Assembly (NCBI GenBank): GCA_001179505.1
Contig: CDMY01000656.1
Coordinates: forward strand, 62,001-126,000
From: Vitrella brassicaformis CCMP3155
Taxonomy: Eukaryota > Protista > Chromerida
Direction of reading: 5' to 3'
DNA length: 64,000 bases
Below are positions 35,801 through 49,400 of this stretch, piece after piece. The first letter of the stretch is position 1, and each line of letters starts with the position of its first letter. Both the position numbers and the translations under genes were made by a program. The notes below the pieces were generated by a model. The model saw only the letters and a list, made by a program, of their open reading frames with translations. It was not told the origin of the DNA and made no database searches.

Positions 35801-36731
35801 GGAGGGAGAGGGGCAGCAGACGGGCATGTGTGTGTTCTCCCTGTCTGCCTGCGTGTGTGAATCACGCCAGTGCACGGATTGCCTGCCCGGCCAGTACTGT
35901 GGGACAGAGGGCCTAGACGCCCCCACAGGTCAGTCAACTCAACCTCTCAACGATACGATGCAAGCATTGCAACAAGTGTTGTGTGCCTGGGTGCCCGCGG
36001 TGCAGCCAACTGTTCCGCGGGATACTACTGCCGTTCTGGCTCCGAGCGCGCCAAGCCTGACGCTTTCTCCCCGGGCTACAAGTGCCTCGGCGGGGACCAG
36101 CGATTCTGCTCCCCTGGACGAGGGTAAGAGGGCACGACGGAGAGACTCTCCACAGACACTAGGTCATGGTTGCCCGCCTGCCCTGCCTGTGTTGTGTGGT
36201 TGTGTGCAGGTGTCCCAAGGGCTCCTACTGCCCAGAAGGCTCTGTCGCACCGATTCCATGTGCGCACACCCCTCCCCCCACCCACCCACCCAAACCTGCC
36301 CACATGGGTTTCTCCTGTTATCTGTCTGCCGGTCTGTCGGTTCAGGCCGGCCTGGGAAGAACAGCCCGAACGAGAACGCCACAAGCCCGGCTGACTGCGC
36401 CGACTGCCCCCCTGGCAAGTGGTGCGCCCCCGACGGCAGCATCTCCAACTGCGACGGCGGGTTCGTGTGCGTCGGCAGCTCCGCCACGCCACGCCCCACC
36501 AACCAAACCGGCATGGGGTACGTCTGGTCGGTTCTCGCGTTGGGTGTGATGTGAAATAAGTAGGCAGGTATGATGGGTGTATTGTGTGTGTGTGTGTATG
36601 GTGCAGGTATCGGTGTCCGAGTGGGCACAAGTGTGCTGCGGGTGTGTTCGCCCCGACGGAGTGCCAACCAGGCTCATTCGCAGACATGGCAAGAGAGGAC
36701 CCCCGCTCTGTTCTTCCTCCCAACACACCTG

Positions 36732-36767
<36 letters not shown>

Positions 36768-39700
36768 TGTGTGTCTCAGGGTTTGGACGACTGCAAGGAC
36801 TGCCAGGCCGGCTTCGTGTGCTCCGACACCCAGCAGGACACCACCGACACCTACCCCTGCCCCGAAGGCCACTACTGCCCCAGGGGCTCAGACAACGGCC
36901 TCAGCAACCCCTGCCCCTCCACCACCTTCAGAAACCTCACACACGGGGCGCTCCCAAGTGACTGCTTCGACTGCCCTGCCGGCGAGTACTGCCCAATCGC
37001 TGGGCAGAATGACACCGCCGGAGCCTGTTCTGCTGGGTATGTGTGTGTCGGGGGCGACTACTCGGCGACCCCAACGGGGTTTTGGCCGAACAGTGGGCAG
37101 TGTCCTGCGGGGTTTTACTGCCCTGAGGGAACGGATCGGCCGGTGCCGTGCCCGATTGCGACGTGGCAGGGGTCTCTTGGGGCTGACCGTTTGGAGAACT
37201 GCACGGGGTGCCCTGCTGGTCACTACTGCCCGGAGACTAATCTGCTTGACTATCGGCCGTACAAGTGCGCCGCGGGTATGTATGTTGGGTGGTTTGCCAC
37301 ACACGCAAAGCACGTCTGGATGATGGAATGGCAGCATTGACACCGACACACCGTATCTTACTGTTGCTGTGTGTCTCTCCCTCCCTCCTTCCCCCCCTCC
37401 CTCCCCCCCTCCCGCCGTGTGTCAGGCTACTATTGCTCAGGTGCGTACGTGGGGTGGGCGCTTTGTGCTCCCTCGCACACACACACACACACACACATGC
37501 AAGTGTTCTCTTGTTCTGTTGTTCTGTTGTCCGGCACCCGCCCGCCTTCAGGCAACGCCACTACGCCCACCCCCCGCAACCTCGGCGGCGGTACCCCCCA
37601 CTGCGACCCCCACAACTCGACCACTTGCACCATCGACCCCGGCGGCCAATGCGCAAACACTCTCACAGGAGAGATTTGCGACATCACCCCCACGACGAGC
37701 ACTTGCACCGTCACGGATGCGTGCAACAACCAGACGGGCGAGTGCCACACTGTCAGCTACGACTGCACCCTCACCGGGACGCTTCTGGTGGACGGAGTGA
37801 CGCCCTGCGGGTACTCGGGGGACGTGTGTGACCCCGAAGTGTTCAACGCCGCTTGCAACTTGACCGGTGACATCTGCACGATCGACCAGGCGGCGTGTGA
37901 CGACGCCAAGACTGAATTTGAGCTGGAGGCCGCATGTGGGGTGTCGGGGGATCTCTGCCCTGAGGGACACTACTGCCCCCAAAGTGAGTTGAGTGCGGGA
38001 CGGGAGACGCAGAGCAGAGAGAGGGGGTGTGTGTGGTGTGCCAACACGGGTGGTTTGGCTGGGTGGTTCTGGCTGTGTGTGTGTGTGGGTGTGTGTGGGT
38101 GTGTAGACGCCACATCGGGGTGTGACGTGCCGATACCCTGCCCTGGCGGCTCTTATGCTAACAGAATCGGTGAGAGGGCAGGCAGGCTGACACTTAGACC
38201 AACGGACGGAGCCTGAACACGTCCGACCTCGCCCCGTCTCTGTCTCTGTGTGTGGTCTTCAGGGATGGATGCGTGCATTCAATGTCCGAAGGGCAACTAT
38301 TGCCCGGAAGGCAGCGTCTGGCCACAAGTAACTAACACACAGAGGGAGGGACACACACACGTATTGTATGGCCATGTGTCTCGTGTCTCTCTCTCTCTCT
38401 GCCCCTTGGATGCAGCCGTGCCCCGAGAACTATTTCTGCAACGTCAGCACGGCCGAGCCCTACTACTGCCCCAACGGCACCTGGAGCAACTTCACCGAGC
38501 TAGAAGACCCCTCCAACTGCACAGAGGCTCTCAAAGCAGAGTACAGCCAGTTCGGCCAGATGCAGGGCAGCTGCTCGGCGGGCCATCTCTGCATTATGGG
38601 CGTCAACACGTCCACCCCCCTCTCCTTTGCCGATGAGCGGTTCGGGGAGCCGGCCATTCAGTACGGCGGGCTGTGTCCGTCTGGGCACTACTGTGAGGAG
38701 GGCACGGTGGCGCCCACGCCTTGTCCGGAGGGCACTGGCGTCGCTTGGGAAGGAGCCAGCAGTGAAGACAACTGCACTGTGTATGTGACACAACAGAGGG
38801 GGGAGAAGGGGTGGGTCTATCTCTCTCTCTCTGTGTGTCTCTGTGTGTGTGTGTGTGTGTGTGTAGGTGTCCGCCGGGGTACTACTGCGGGGATTTCATG
38901 CTAGTGCCGGCCGAGTGTCCGCCCGGCTTCTTCTGCGGAGAAAACACCACAGACCCAAGTAAGGACGAAACACACAGGGCAGGGCGGGGGCTTCCTCACT
39001 CCTCATCCCGTCCGTGGTATGGTATGGTTGTCTGTTCAGTACCCTGTCCAATCGGGACGTACAACAACCAGTCGAAGGCCGTGGACACCTTTGTCGTCGA
39101 GGCCGAGAGCATCACCAATGTGTCCGTGTCCGCTGTGGAGAGGGAGCTCACCGTCAACTACACCGACGGCGCTTTGGTGGCCATCAACCTCTTCCACGAC
39201 ACGACCAACGGCTCTGTGCTCGTCACACATGACACCAAGTGGGCCACTCACACAGACAGGGAGGGGGAGGGGGAGGGGCAGGAGAGTCGTGTGTCTGTGT
39301 GTGAGTGTAGGTATCCAGAGGATTTCAATGTGACGTATGTGTCTGGCGGCGGTGGTGGCGGGGCGGACGTCGTCATTGTCGAGTATGAGAGCACCACCAC
39401 CACCATAGATGTCGACACCTCCGGCCCCTCCATGACCGTCATCTACACCGACCCAGTCGTCAACCCCGACAACAGCACCACCTGCCTCCCATGCCCCGCC
39501 GTAAGCCTCACACAACACACATTTATTTCCTTACACCACACCACACCACATCACATCACATCCGCCCATTTGCTCTCCTCTGTGTTGTGTGCAGGGATAC
39601 TGGTGTCACAATATCACCGACCCACTGGATCCTGGCCCCGGCATATCAGACTACCGGCCCTTCGTCTGCCCGATCAGCAAGTACTGCCCCCTGTACACCC

Positions 39701-42700
39701 TGTGGCCCAAGCCATGCCCCCAGGGCACCTACCGCAACGACACGGGCGCCGCGGCGGAGAGCGACTGCTTCCCTTGCCCGCTGGGCTTCTACTGCGATAA
39801 CGACGCCAACACTTTCAATCTCACCTATGTGCCCTGTCCGGCTGGCTACTACTGCAACGACCCCAATGGGACTGTCCTGCCTGTGGTAAGTGGGCGGATT
39901 GTGTGAGTGGGGGAAGGGGAAGCAGCGCCACATCTTGTGGTGGTCCGTGTGCGATGCGATTGTGTGCAGCCGTGTCCGCAAGGGTTCTACTGTCCGGTGC
40001 AGACGATCGACCCAGTGCCGGTCAGACAGACGTGAGAAGCCAGGCTTGCACACCCATGGATGTCTCTCTCTCTGTGTCTCTGTGTGTGTGTGTGTGTGTT
40101 TCAGTGTGACGAGGTGTCCGTGTACGGCATCGGATGCAACGAGGTGTGCCGCGTCAATCTGACCGACGACCTGGAAAAACCCGAAGACTCGCTGGCATGC
40201 CTCAACAACATCATGCCTGTCAACATGACCACCACACCCGCCCCACCCACAGCGAATGACACCGAAGCATTCTTTCCTCCCTCTGAGGCACGCAAAGAGG
40301 CCACCAATACCGCCCATCAGCGAGACAGACATGGCTCTGTGTCGTGTGTGTGTGTGTGGTCAGTGTGGGGCGTCAGGGTACTACTGCCCAAGCCCGGCCC
40401 TGTCCCAGCCAGTGCCCGTTGTCCGCGCCCTGCAGACAACCACCCAGGCCGACCTGGACGATGCGGGCAGCAGCATCCCCATCCCCTGCCCATACGCACA
40501 CTACTGCCCCAGAGGATCCGGCGACCCCACACCCTGCCCACCCGGCACCAAGGTCGATCTCACACACAGACGACAGACAGAGAAGGTGGTGCATCGCTTC
40601 CTGTGTCTGTGTCTGTGTCTGTGTGTGTGAATGTGTCTGTCGTTCAGGCGCGCAAGAGCTGCCACCACGGTGTGACGTTGGAGGACTGCTGCGAGGCCTG
40701 CCCTCGAGGCACGTACACGGCGGGGAATGCCAGCCTCGAGTGCACCGAATGCGACGCGGGATACGTCTGCACTGGTATGGTCTAGGTGTGTGAATGCATT
40801 GCACGTTTATGTGGGTGCGTACGTATGTCTGGTTCAGGCGGTGGTGTGATCCCAGCTCCCACATCGCTGGCTGAGGGCGGCAAACAGTGAGCAAACAGAC
40901 AGACAGACAGACAGACATGGTAGACATCACAGAAAGACGGAGGCATGGCTTGTCCGTGTGTTTGCTTGGAAATTGGTGCCATTGCGCCCACACACACAGG
41001 TGTCCTGCCGGTCACTACTGCCCCGCCGGCGCCACGTGGGAGATCCCCTGCAGCCCGGGCGCCTTCAATCCCGACATCCTCTCAACCAGCGCCGCTTCAT
41101 GCCGACTGTGCCCCCAGGACACTTTCAACGACCACTTCGGACAGGTCGGTCGGGGTGAGGAGAGGGAGAGAGTGGGGCGCTCGCCACACACACCGCCTGA
41201 TGGTTTGGTGGTTGGCTGCTTGATTGATGGTGCAGTCGTCATGCATCACGTGTGGGGCGACGTCCTACTCGCTTGTCGGCGCCTCGGCGTGCACGTGCCT
41301 CGGCCGGCACAGGGCCTTTCAGCGAAGCGACAAGACATGCAGATGCGCACCAGGGTAACACACCCGACACCCCACACCCACACCCACACACAAGCCCCGA
41401 TATGACATCTCTCGCCCGTCCATATTATGCAGGTATGAGTTCCTGGATGTGGACTTCAATCGTGTGGAGGGCGACGGCGGTTTCGACTGCCAGCCCAAGA
41501 TCCTCGCCCGCTGCGGGGCTTCGGAGCTGCGCAACGCCGACGGCGAGTGTGTGGGCAAGAAGGACTGCAAAGACGTCTGCATTGGGACGCCGGGCGAGTA
41601 CATCGCCACCATTGGGCTCTGTCAGGTGAGGCGCAGACGGACGCATTAAAGGAATCCACACACCACACACACACACACCCCGATGGATGTGATGTGCTTC
41701 TGTCTGTCACGTACCTTGTCAGTGCGAGGCATTGGAGCTCTCCAACGTGGAGTGCGACCAGGCCTGCCGTGATGACAAGTTCCAGATGGCCCTTGTGCCC
41801 TCGTCTGACAAGGGCGTCTCCCTGCGGGTGACGGACCCCGCCACACAGACGTCGGTGGAGATCCCCATCTCAGTGCTGCAGGGCGGCGCACTGGGCGGTG
41901 GCGCCGGCCCAATGTCCAACGCGTCCTTCATTGCGTGTGATATCGACGATCGAGACCTGGAGGGAGCCACGTGCGACCTCAAGTTCCAGGGGGCGTCCAA
42001 CACCGCTCTACTGGGGCTCTTCGGGCCGCCTGTGGCCATGCTCGACGTCATTGATCAGCTCTATGCAGAGCTTGAGGCGCTGCTGCAGAACGCCACAGTG
42101 ACCACACCTGCACCGACCGCCCGGATGTTGCTGGGACAAGAGATGTTGGGGAAGTGGGATAAGGAGAGCGTTGCGCTGTCTCGCGTGAAGACCCGCTATG
42201 ACGCGAATGGCGAGTGCATGTTCCGTCGTCGGCTGCAGGCTGTGGTGGCTGATGAGGGGATCAACAACCCGGTGCAGTGTCTCGAGTACGGCACGGCCAT
42301 GGTGTGGCAGCTGGACGACGGCCGGTACCCCGTGTATGTCAAGGACTCGCTCCTCAACAGCAACGCCAATTTCGACTACCGCGCATTCGACCTTCTCAGA
42401 GACGTAACGAAATGCACCAAACATAAGAAACACTCTCTCTTTTGTGGATGGATGGCCTTCATTTGGCTGTTGTTCTGTCTGTCAGGACATGAGATCTGCG
42501 AATCCGCCGTCGATCTTTGTTTACACCTTCAACCAGGAGGGCTCCTACACCTTCAGGAAGGACAACGACCCGCAGAAGCAGACGGTCATCGTCGTCATGG
42601 GGCAGACCAAGACATGCCCCGATGACAGCGACTTCCCCCAGGCCACGACGGCCCCCGCCCTGTTGCGGCTGGGTGTGCGTCAGCGCGACGACATAGTCAT

Positions 42701-43392
42701 CGCCCCCGACTGGTGGATCGTGCTGATTGTCACCATCTGTGTGGTCGCCATGTTCATCGTGCTCGTCTCGGCACTCCGCAATTACCGCAAGAGGCAGTGG
42801 GCACGGGCCACCAAGGGCAGGTCGGAAATCAGATACCGATCCCACGCGCAAAAGGCCGACTTCTCTGTCTTCGGCAGCAAGGTCAGCCGTGCCATGCCGT
42901 CAGCGAGACACACGGCGATCTTTGTGTGTGTGTGTGTGTGTGTGTGCAGGGTGGGCAGGTGGAGGTCAATCGTGTCGAGGACGCAGCCAACGTGAATGCG
43001 CGGCGCAAGTCGTACTTTGCCGGGACAGAGGAAGCCGACATGGAGGAGCTCGCAGAAAGGGAAGAGGTCAGCTCCCACAAAGACAGACAGACAGACAGAC
43101 AGAAAAAGCAATGGTCATGCCTCCCTCTGTGTCAGGTTCAAGCGTTGAGTGCGGCTGAGATCCAGGACGCCCTGCAGGACTACAGCCTTGACCTGGTCGA
43201 CCCGCGAGTGTTCCAGGCCATCTTTGAGAAGATCCTCGACCACTACGACTTCACCAAGAAACAATTCAATGAGCACCAGGAGTACATGCACGAGTCCACC
43301 AAGCTCATACTCTCACAGGTCGGCCGATGGACGGACGGACGGACGGACGGACGGACGGACAGATGGAACAACAGGGCACCAGAGAGACCTGG

Positions 43393-43426
<34 letters not shown>

Positions 43427-46400
43427 TGTGCAGACAGAGCAGCTGCAGGAGGCCCTCGCCCAGCGTCTCAAGGCGGCAGTGCGCCGCCAAGAGATCAGAG
43501 GTACACCTCCCTTCCATCCCGCCCCAACCAGCCCGCCCTCACACCCATGTCTCTCCCCCTTCCTATTGAGCAGACGAGGAGGTTGCCGCCGAGAAGCATC
43601 GTCTGGCAGAGATCTTCGACCGTCTGACGGAGGAGAGCAAGAACGTCCCCGAGCGGCCCGAGGACGTCGAGAAGTTCATGGAAGACGAGGCCACCGGCAG
43701 ACACAAGCGCGTGTCGTTCATTGCACCTCAGGAAGCCGCCGAGGAAGAGGACACGGTAGAGGAAGTCGATGTGACCCCTGTGGGCCCCTCACAAGCTGGT
43801 GTGTGGTGTGTGTGTGTGTGTGTGTGAATGAAGGGCAAGGCGCCCGGTGCGTTATGTCGGCCCCACACGCAGATGTCCCGTGCCTCCAGCATGGTGTCGG
43901 TGGGGCTGTCGGAGCTCGACCTGCAGGACCATGCAGCCCTACTCGAAGAACAACTGGAGGTAAACGGCTCTGTACACACCCACCCACCACCCAGCCACGT
44001 GGGTCAGTCGCTCATGGGGTGCGATGGGTCGTGGTGCTTTATGTGTGCAGTTGGGCGACCAGGAGAAAGAGATCCTGCAGAAGCTCGAGCAGAGGGTGGC
44101 CGAGATGGAGAACGAAGAGGACCGCGCTAAGGCATACAACGAACTCAACGCCGAAATGGAAAAGGTACACACGCCCTAGGTACGCGTAGCCGAGCACGTC
44201 TTCCTCCGTTCGTTGGTTGGTCGCTGCAGGTGCGTGCTCGTCTGGACGAGGAGAAGATGAAGATTCTCTCAGAGGTGCAGGAGCGAACAAACGCCAGACA
44301 ACAGCGCACACTGGTCAGTCCACTCACAGCAAGACACACACACACCCCTCCCAACCCAACCGCCACGACCTGTTCGTTTGTTTCTTAGGAGCGCCGTCGG
44401 ACCCGCAAGCACGCCGAGCAGGAGTTGGCAGAGCTCTACGAGCTGCAGGACGCCGAGATCATGCGTCTGCGCGAGAAGAGCGACCGCGAGTTTCTGAATG
44501 AGGAGCAGAAGGCCACCGACGAGCTGATGGAGCTGGAGGCCAAGCTGCAGGCCGAGGGTGAGGCCAAGAAGCAGGAGCTCTACCAGGAGTTCCAATACCG
44601 ACTGGCCGCTGCCAAGAGCCCACACGAGAAGGAAATCATCATCAGACACTTCAAGGTCACAACCATTTCGCTCGATAGACAGACAGACTTACACTCTGGA
44701 CACTGTCCGCACATCAAATCGACATACATGTCTCTCTCTTCAGCAAAACCTGGAGGCCTTGAATGAAGCCCTGGAAGAGGAGGCCGAGAAGCAGCGACTT
44801 GCACTCGCGGTCCGTTTTGAAAGCAACCAGGCGACAGCTCTCCTCGTCCTTTGTCCTGTCTGTGTGTGTGTTCGTAGGAGAAGCTTCGCAAGCGTCAGGA
44901 GGAGCGGAAAAAGACCCAGAAGGAGGACACGGAGAAGGTGCTTAAGAACCAGACCAAGGCAGCCAACGCCGCCGAGCTGGCCGTCATCGACCGTCGCCTC
45001 GACGAGATCGCCACTCGACACGCAAACGAACGCGAGATACTCCAAGAAAGCGAAGACCTCCACATACGCAAGGTCAGCCAGCAGAGAGGGTCCGCGCCTA
45101 GCCTACACACCGACTCTTGCTCTGTGTATGGATGGCCTCATAGGAGCAAGCAGCGCTCGAGAAGTGGTTCGACCGTCGCAAGAAGGAGAAGCTGGGCGCC
45201 CTGTATGAGCAGATCATGGGCCCCACTCCGCCCACCGACGAGGCGGAGAAGGAGAAGCTGCTGAGCGAGTACGAGACGCGGGCCGCCAGACTTGAGGAGG
45301 AGCTCGCTGAGGAGAAAGAGGAGCAAGAGCTCATGCTGCTGCAAAAGATGAAGGTCAGCTTACTGGCTGCTGATGGCCGGTCACTCAACGGAGACACAAT
45401 GATTGTGTGGTTTGTGTGGGTGTGTCCCTTCAGGAGCGGACAAAGCGTAGACAGGCAGCTCAGGAGGCGAGGCGGCGCGCAGAAGTGCAGCTCATCCACG
45501 GCCAGCGCAGCGTCATGGACAAGAGAAACGCACTCGAAGAAAGGATACAGGTGAGTCAGTGAAGACGCAGACAGTATGTGTGTGTCATTCATTGGCATTG
45601 GCCTGGCTGTGTAGATGGAGCGTCTGGGTGTCGAGGCAGATTACAGCAACAACCGTCTGGCGCTGCAGCAGAAGCAGGAGATGGACCTCAACGAGAAGCT
45701 CCGCGACCTCAACGAGAAGATGGTCACCGCACTCAAGGTCCAGGCCCTCCAGGACGAGGCCAACGGGGTGGCCGTCTTGGTAAGGCAGACTGATTCCGTG
45801 TGCCGATGGGACGGATTGCATGCATTTTTCCTTCTGTGGGTGACTGACAGGACCGCGAGAAGAACGCCAACGCCATCAAGCAGCGTTTCGAGCGGGACAA
45901 GCAGCGGATCCTGCAGGATCATCGCAACCTATGCGAGGAGCAGAAACAGGACCTGCTCAACGCACATCGACTCAGGCAAGCACCATCGTGAAGAGACACA
46001 CGGATAGCCACAGCCGAATACACCACTTTGTGTGATGTGTGTGTTTGTGTAGGCTGGAAGAGCTGCGTCAGAAGCACAAGGGCGAGCGCGACGAGTGCAA
46101 CAAGGAGATATCGGACGAGCTGCAGGCCCTTCATGCAAAGATCGACGAGGCCACAAAGGAGGAGCTCAGCCAAAGGAAGAACGCAGCCGAGGAGGCCGTC
46201 AACGTACGGACAGCAAAGAGAGGCGACTGGGGCCAATTGCTGCACTGGTGGCATGTGCGCGTGTCTCCCTCCCTCCATTGCAGGATGAGGCTGAGCGTGA
46301 GGAGATGATCCAGCTGGAGGACCTCCAGGCCAAAACTGAGATGGACAAGATCGCAATGCTCAAAAAGGCAAGACAACGGGACGCTGTCTCAGAGTTCAAC

Positions 46401-49400
46401 GGTGCGCTGACCCACAATCCAATATGTGTGTGCAGGAGGAGTCCAAGCTCCAGGAGGCGTTGCGTGAGGCCCCTCCCAGTGAGCGCCAGGAGCTGATCGA
46501 GCAGCACGAGAAGAACATCAAGCGGCTGCAGGACCTCATGGAAGAAGAGCAGCACTCACAAGCAGAAGCCCTCAAGGTAGATTGCTTCAAAGCTTTCCTG
46601 GCACCGGCTTCTAATCTTGCTGTGTGTTTCGTTCAGGCTCAGCTCGCCGAGCGCCGCAAGCGTCGTCTTGCTGCCGTGAGCAAACGCACTGAAGCGGAGA
46701 CAGAGATGATACTCATCCGGAGAGAGCAGGAGAACGACGCAGCAGCTCTGCAGCTCGAGGCCATGGCCGAGGCACAGGAGTATCGTGATGACGTCCTGAC
46801 TGCGCACGAAGAGAACCGACAGAAACGGCTGCAGGGACGCGAGAACGACATTCACAAGGCGACGGAGAAGCTGCGCGACCACATCCAGGCCCAGCCGGCG
46901 GCAGATGAGGGTGAGCGCCAGGCGCTGCTCTCTCAGTGGCGCGCCGAGATCCACACCGCCTGGGAGCAGCACGAGGAGAGCGCACAGCAGCAGGCAGCAC
47001 AGCTCAAGACACGGCTGGAGGCGAGACGGAAGCGCATCGCGATTCAGCAGAGGCAGAAGGCGGCGGAGCAGCGCGCCAAGCACACCGAGGCCCGTCAGGA
47101 GCTGCGCAAGGTGGTGGAGGGCAACAAGGAGGCGGAGCGGCACATCCAGGCTGCGGGCGCGGAGGCTGCGTTGGAGAGTCAGCTGCAGGCGGCCATTCAG
47201 AAGGTTGGTTTGCAGAAGATGAAGGAGCAGCAGCAGGCCGAGATGGAGGAGCTGCAGCACAAGCACCGTGAGGACGCCAAGAAGGCCAAGCAGGAGTGGG
47301 AGGCCGAGCTCAGCCGTCTCAAGGAGGAGCTCGAGGAGGAGAAAGAGGAAGTCAAGGTTGAGGAAGAGGTGCAAATCACCAAGCTCAAGGAAGACCTCGA
47401 GGCAAAGTGAGACAGACACACGACAGACATGGACACTGATTGATGGGTGAGACACTTTCTTGTGCCCGCAGCTTGGCTGTCGCCACGACACAAGGTGAGA
47501 AGGAGCGGCTCATGGAGGAGCACCAAGCGCAGGTCGCGGAGATCACAGCCGCGATCGAGCGGGAGGAGAACAGGCAGAAGGAGCAGCTCGAGAAGAAGCT
47601 CCAGGCTCGGCGTGAGAAGCTCCGAATGCAGCAAGAGAAGCTGCTCCAACAGCAGCAGCAAGAGATGGCCGAGCGGGAACTGCAGCAGGCCAAAGCATTG
47701 GAGGAGCTGCAGCGCCAGCTTGGTCGCCAAGCACAGGAGAATATGACAGTGTTCGATACGGGAGACTCGGAAGAAGAGGCGTTCGGTCGGCTGAAGGTGC
47801 GTTTGGGGATCGGAGCTTGTCAAGACATAAGTGGATGTGTCCTGCATGCATGTGTGTGTGTGTGTGTGTGTGCAGGGTATGCTTGAGTCTCGTCATCAGC
47901 AGGAGACCAACAGCCGCGTGGCGCTGCACTATCGCGAGAAGACGGTCAAGCTCAAGGCTGCCATGGATGCCCTCCAAGTCGAGAACCAACACAAAATCGT
48001 GAGTGGCATACTCAGACGGTTGTGCAGATGGAGGAAAGGGCAAGACAGACAGACACGCAATCCGACGAGTGGACATGTGTGTTCAGATGGAGCTCAACAG
48101 CCAATACGGCCAACTCATCGCAGGTTCGCACAACGATAAGGGCACAGTAAGACTTGCCACTATCCTCCTCTGCTTTGCTCAGAGGCGGAGTCTCAAGCTG
48201 AGGAAACGGGCAGCATGGAGCACCAGCTGGCCGCTGACGATCTCAAGAAGGAGAAAGAAGAAAAGGTATAACACCAGCAGACTGATACCTGCAACACTCT
48301 ATGTGTGACAAATGGCATCAGTCTGCTGAGCTGAGAGCTGCTCTTGACGAGGAGTATGAGGGCCGGATGGCTGAACAGCGGCGAGTCATCGAGCTTGAGC
48401 AGGCGGAGGACCTCATGACTCTGAGGGAAAACCAGCTCTTTGAAGTGCTCGGTGGGTAGACACAACAACCAGCGATCATTCATTTCATTTTGTCAACGTG
48501 TGTACCGTCTCCCTTGTGTGTCTATCACAGAACAAATCGCAAGCTACATCCGGTCGGGTCTTGAGAGCGCCATCAAGTGGCAAGAGGAAGCCGATGAAGG
48601 TACACACACACACACACACACGATGCATACGCCCTCCTGCTGGTACATTCCTTCCTTCTTTTGCTGTCTCCCTGCCCCAGAGAAATCCAAGATTGAGGGC
48701 ATTCGTCGTCAGAAGCGAGACGAGGCCAAGAACCGCCTGCAGGAGATCGAGCAAGCCATGAAGCAGAGAGAGGAGGAGGCCCGCCAAGAGATCGAGAAGC
48801 AGATGGCCGAGCTGCAGGCCCAGCTGGAGCGAGAGCGCGAGAAGGCTCGTCAGGCTGCCGAGGAGAAAATGAAGGCTCAGAAGGCGAAGCTGCGGGAGGA
48901 GCGCCGCCGCCAGCACGAGAAGAATCTCGAGCGCATGAAGGACGCCGGTGGTGAGGTCAAGGACGCCATCCTCGAGCAGCATCAGGCCGAAATCCAAGCG
49001 TTAGAGCAGAACCTCGATGTCGAGAGGGCACGGCAGCTCGAGAAGATGAACCAGCGACTGATCGACCGCAAGCGCAAGAAAGAAGCCGCTCTTCAGCAAC
49101 AGGTAGCTTCGCGCATACAATGAATCCATCGACACACACCTGGGGTGACTGACTGGGTCTACAATTCAGAAAATGGAGGCGTTGATCAATGAGCGTCGTG
49201 AGTTGCAGAAGCAGCAGGAGCAGCTGCAGAAGCAGGAGGAGCGCGAGCAGAAGAGGAAGGAAGAGATCCTGGCCAAGATCAGGAGGAAGTCCACTATGCG
49301 GAGGGTCTCCAAGAAATGGCATGCTTTCGTTCGAGAGCGCAGAAAAAGCAGGACATCACCAGCTGCGGCAAAGAAGGGTCACAAACAAGAAAAAGCACAG

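Noticed and set aside
25994-41100. Regularly spaced repeats resembling a CRISPR or satellite array
   Set aside because: The periodicity is at the protein level (CPxGxYC codons with synonymous variation), interrupted by introns. There are no identical DNA repeats with spacers and no cas genes.
46556-47846. Long antisense ORFs (311 aa, 216 aa; also 48485-48997) rich in Leu
   Set aside because: These are shadows of the E/Q/K-rich coiled-coil exons on the plus strand: GAG/CAG/AAG codons read as CTC/CTG/CTT in reverse.
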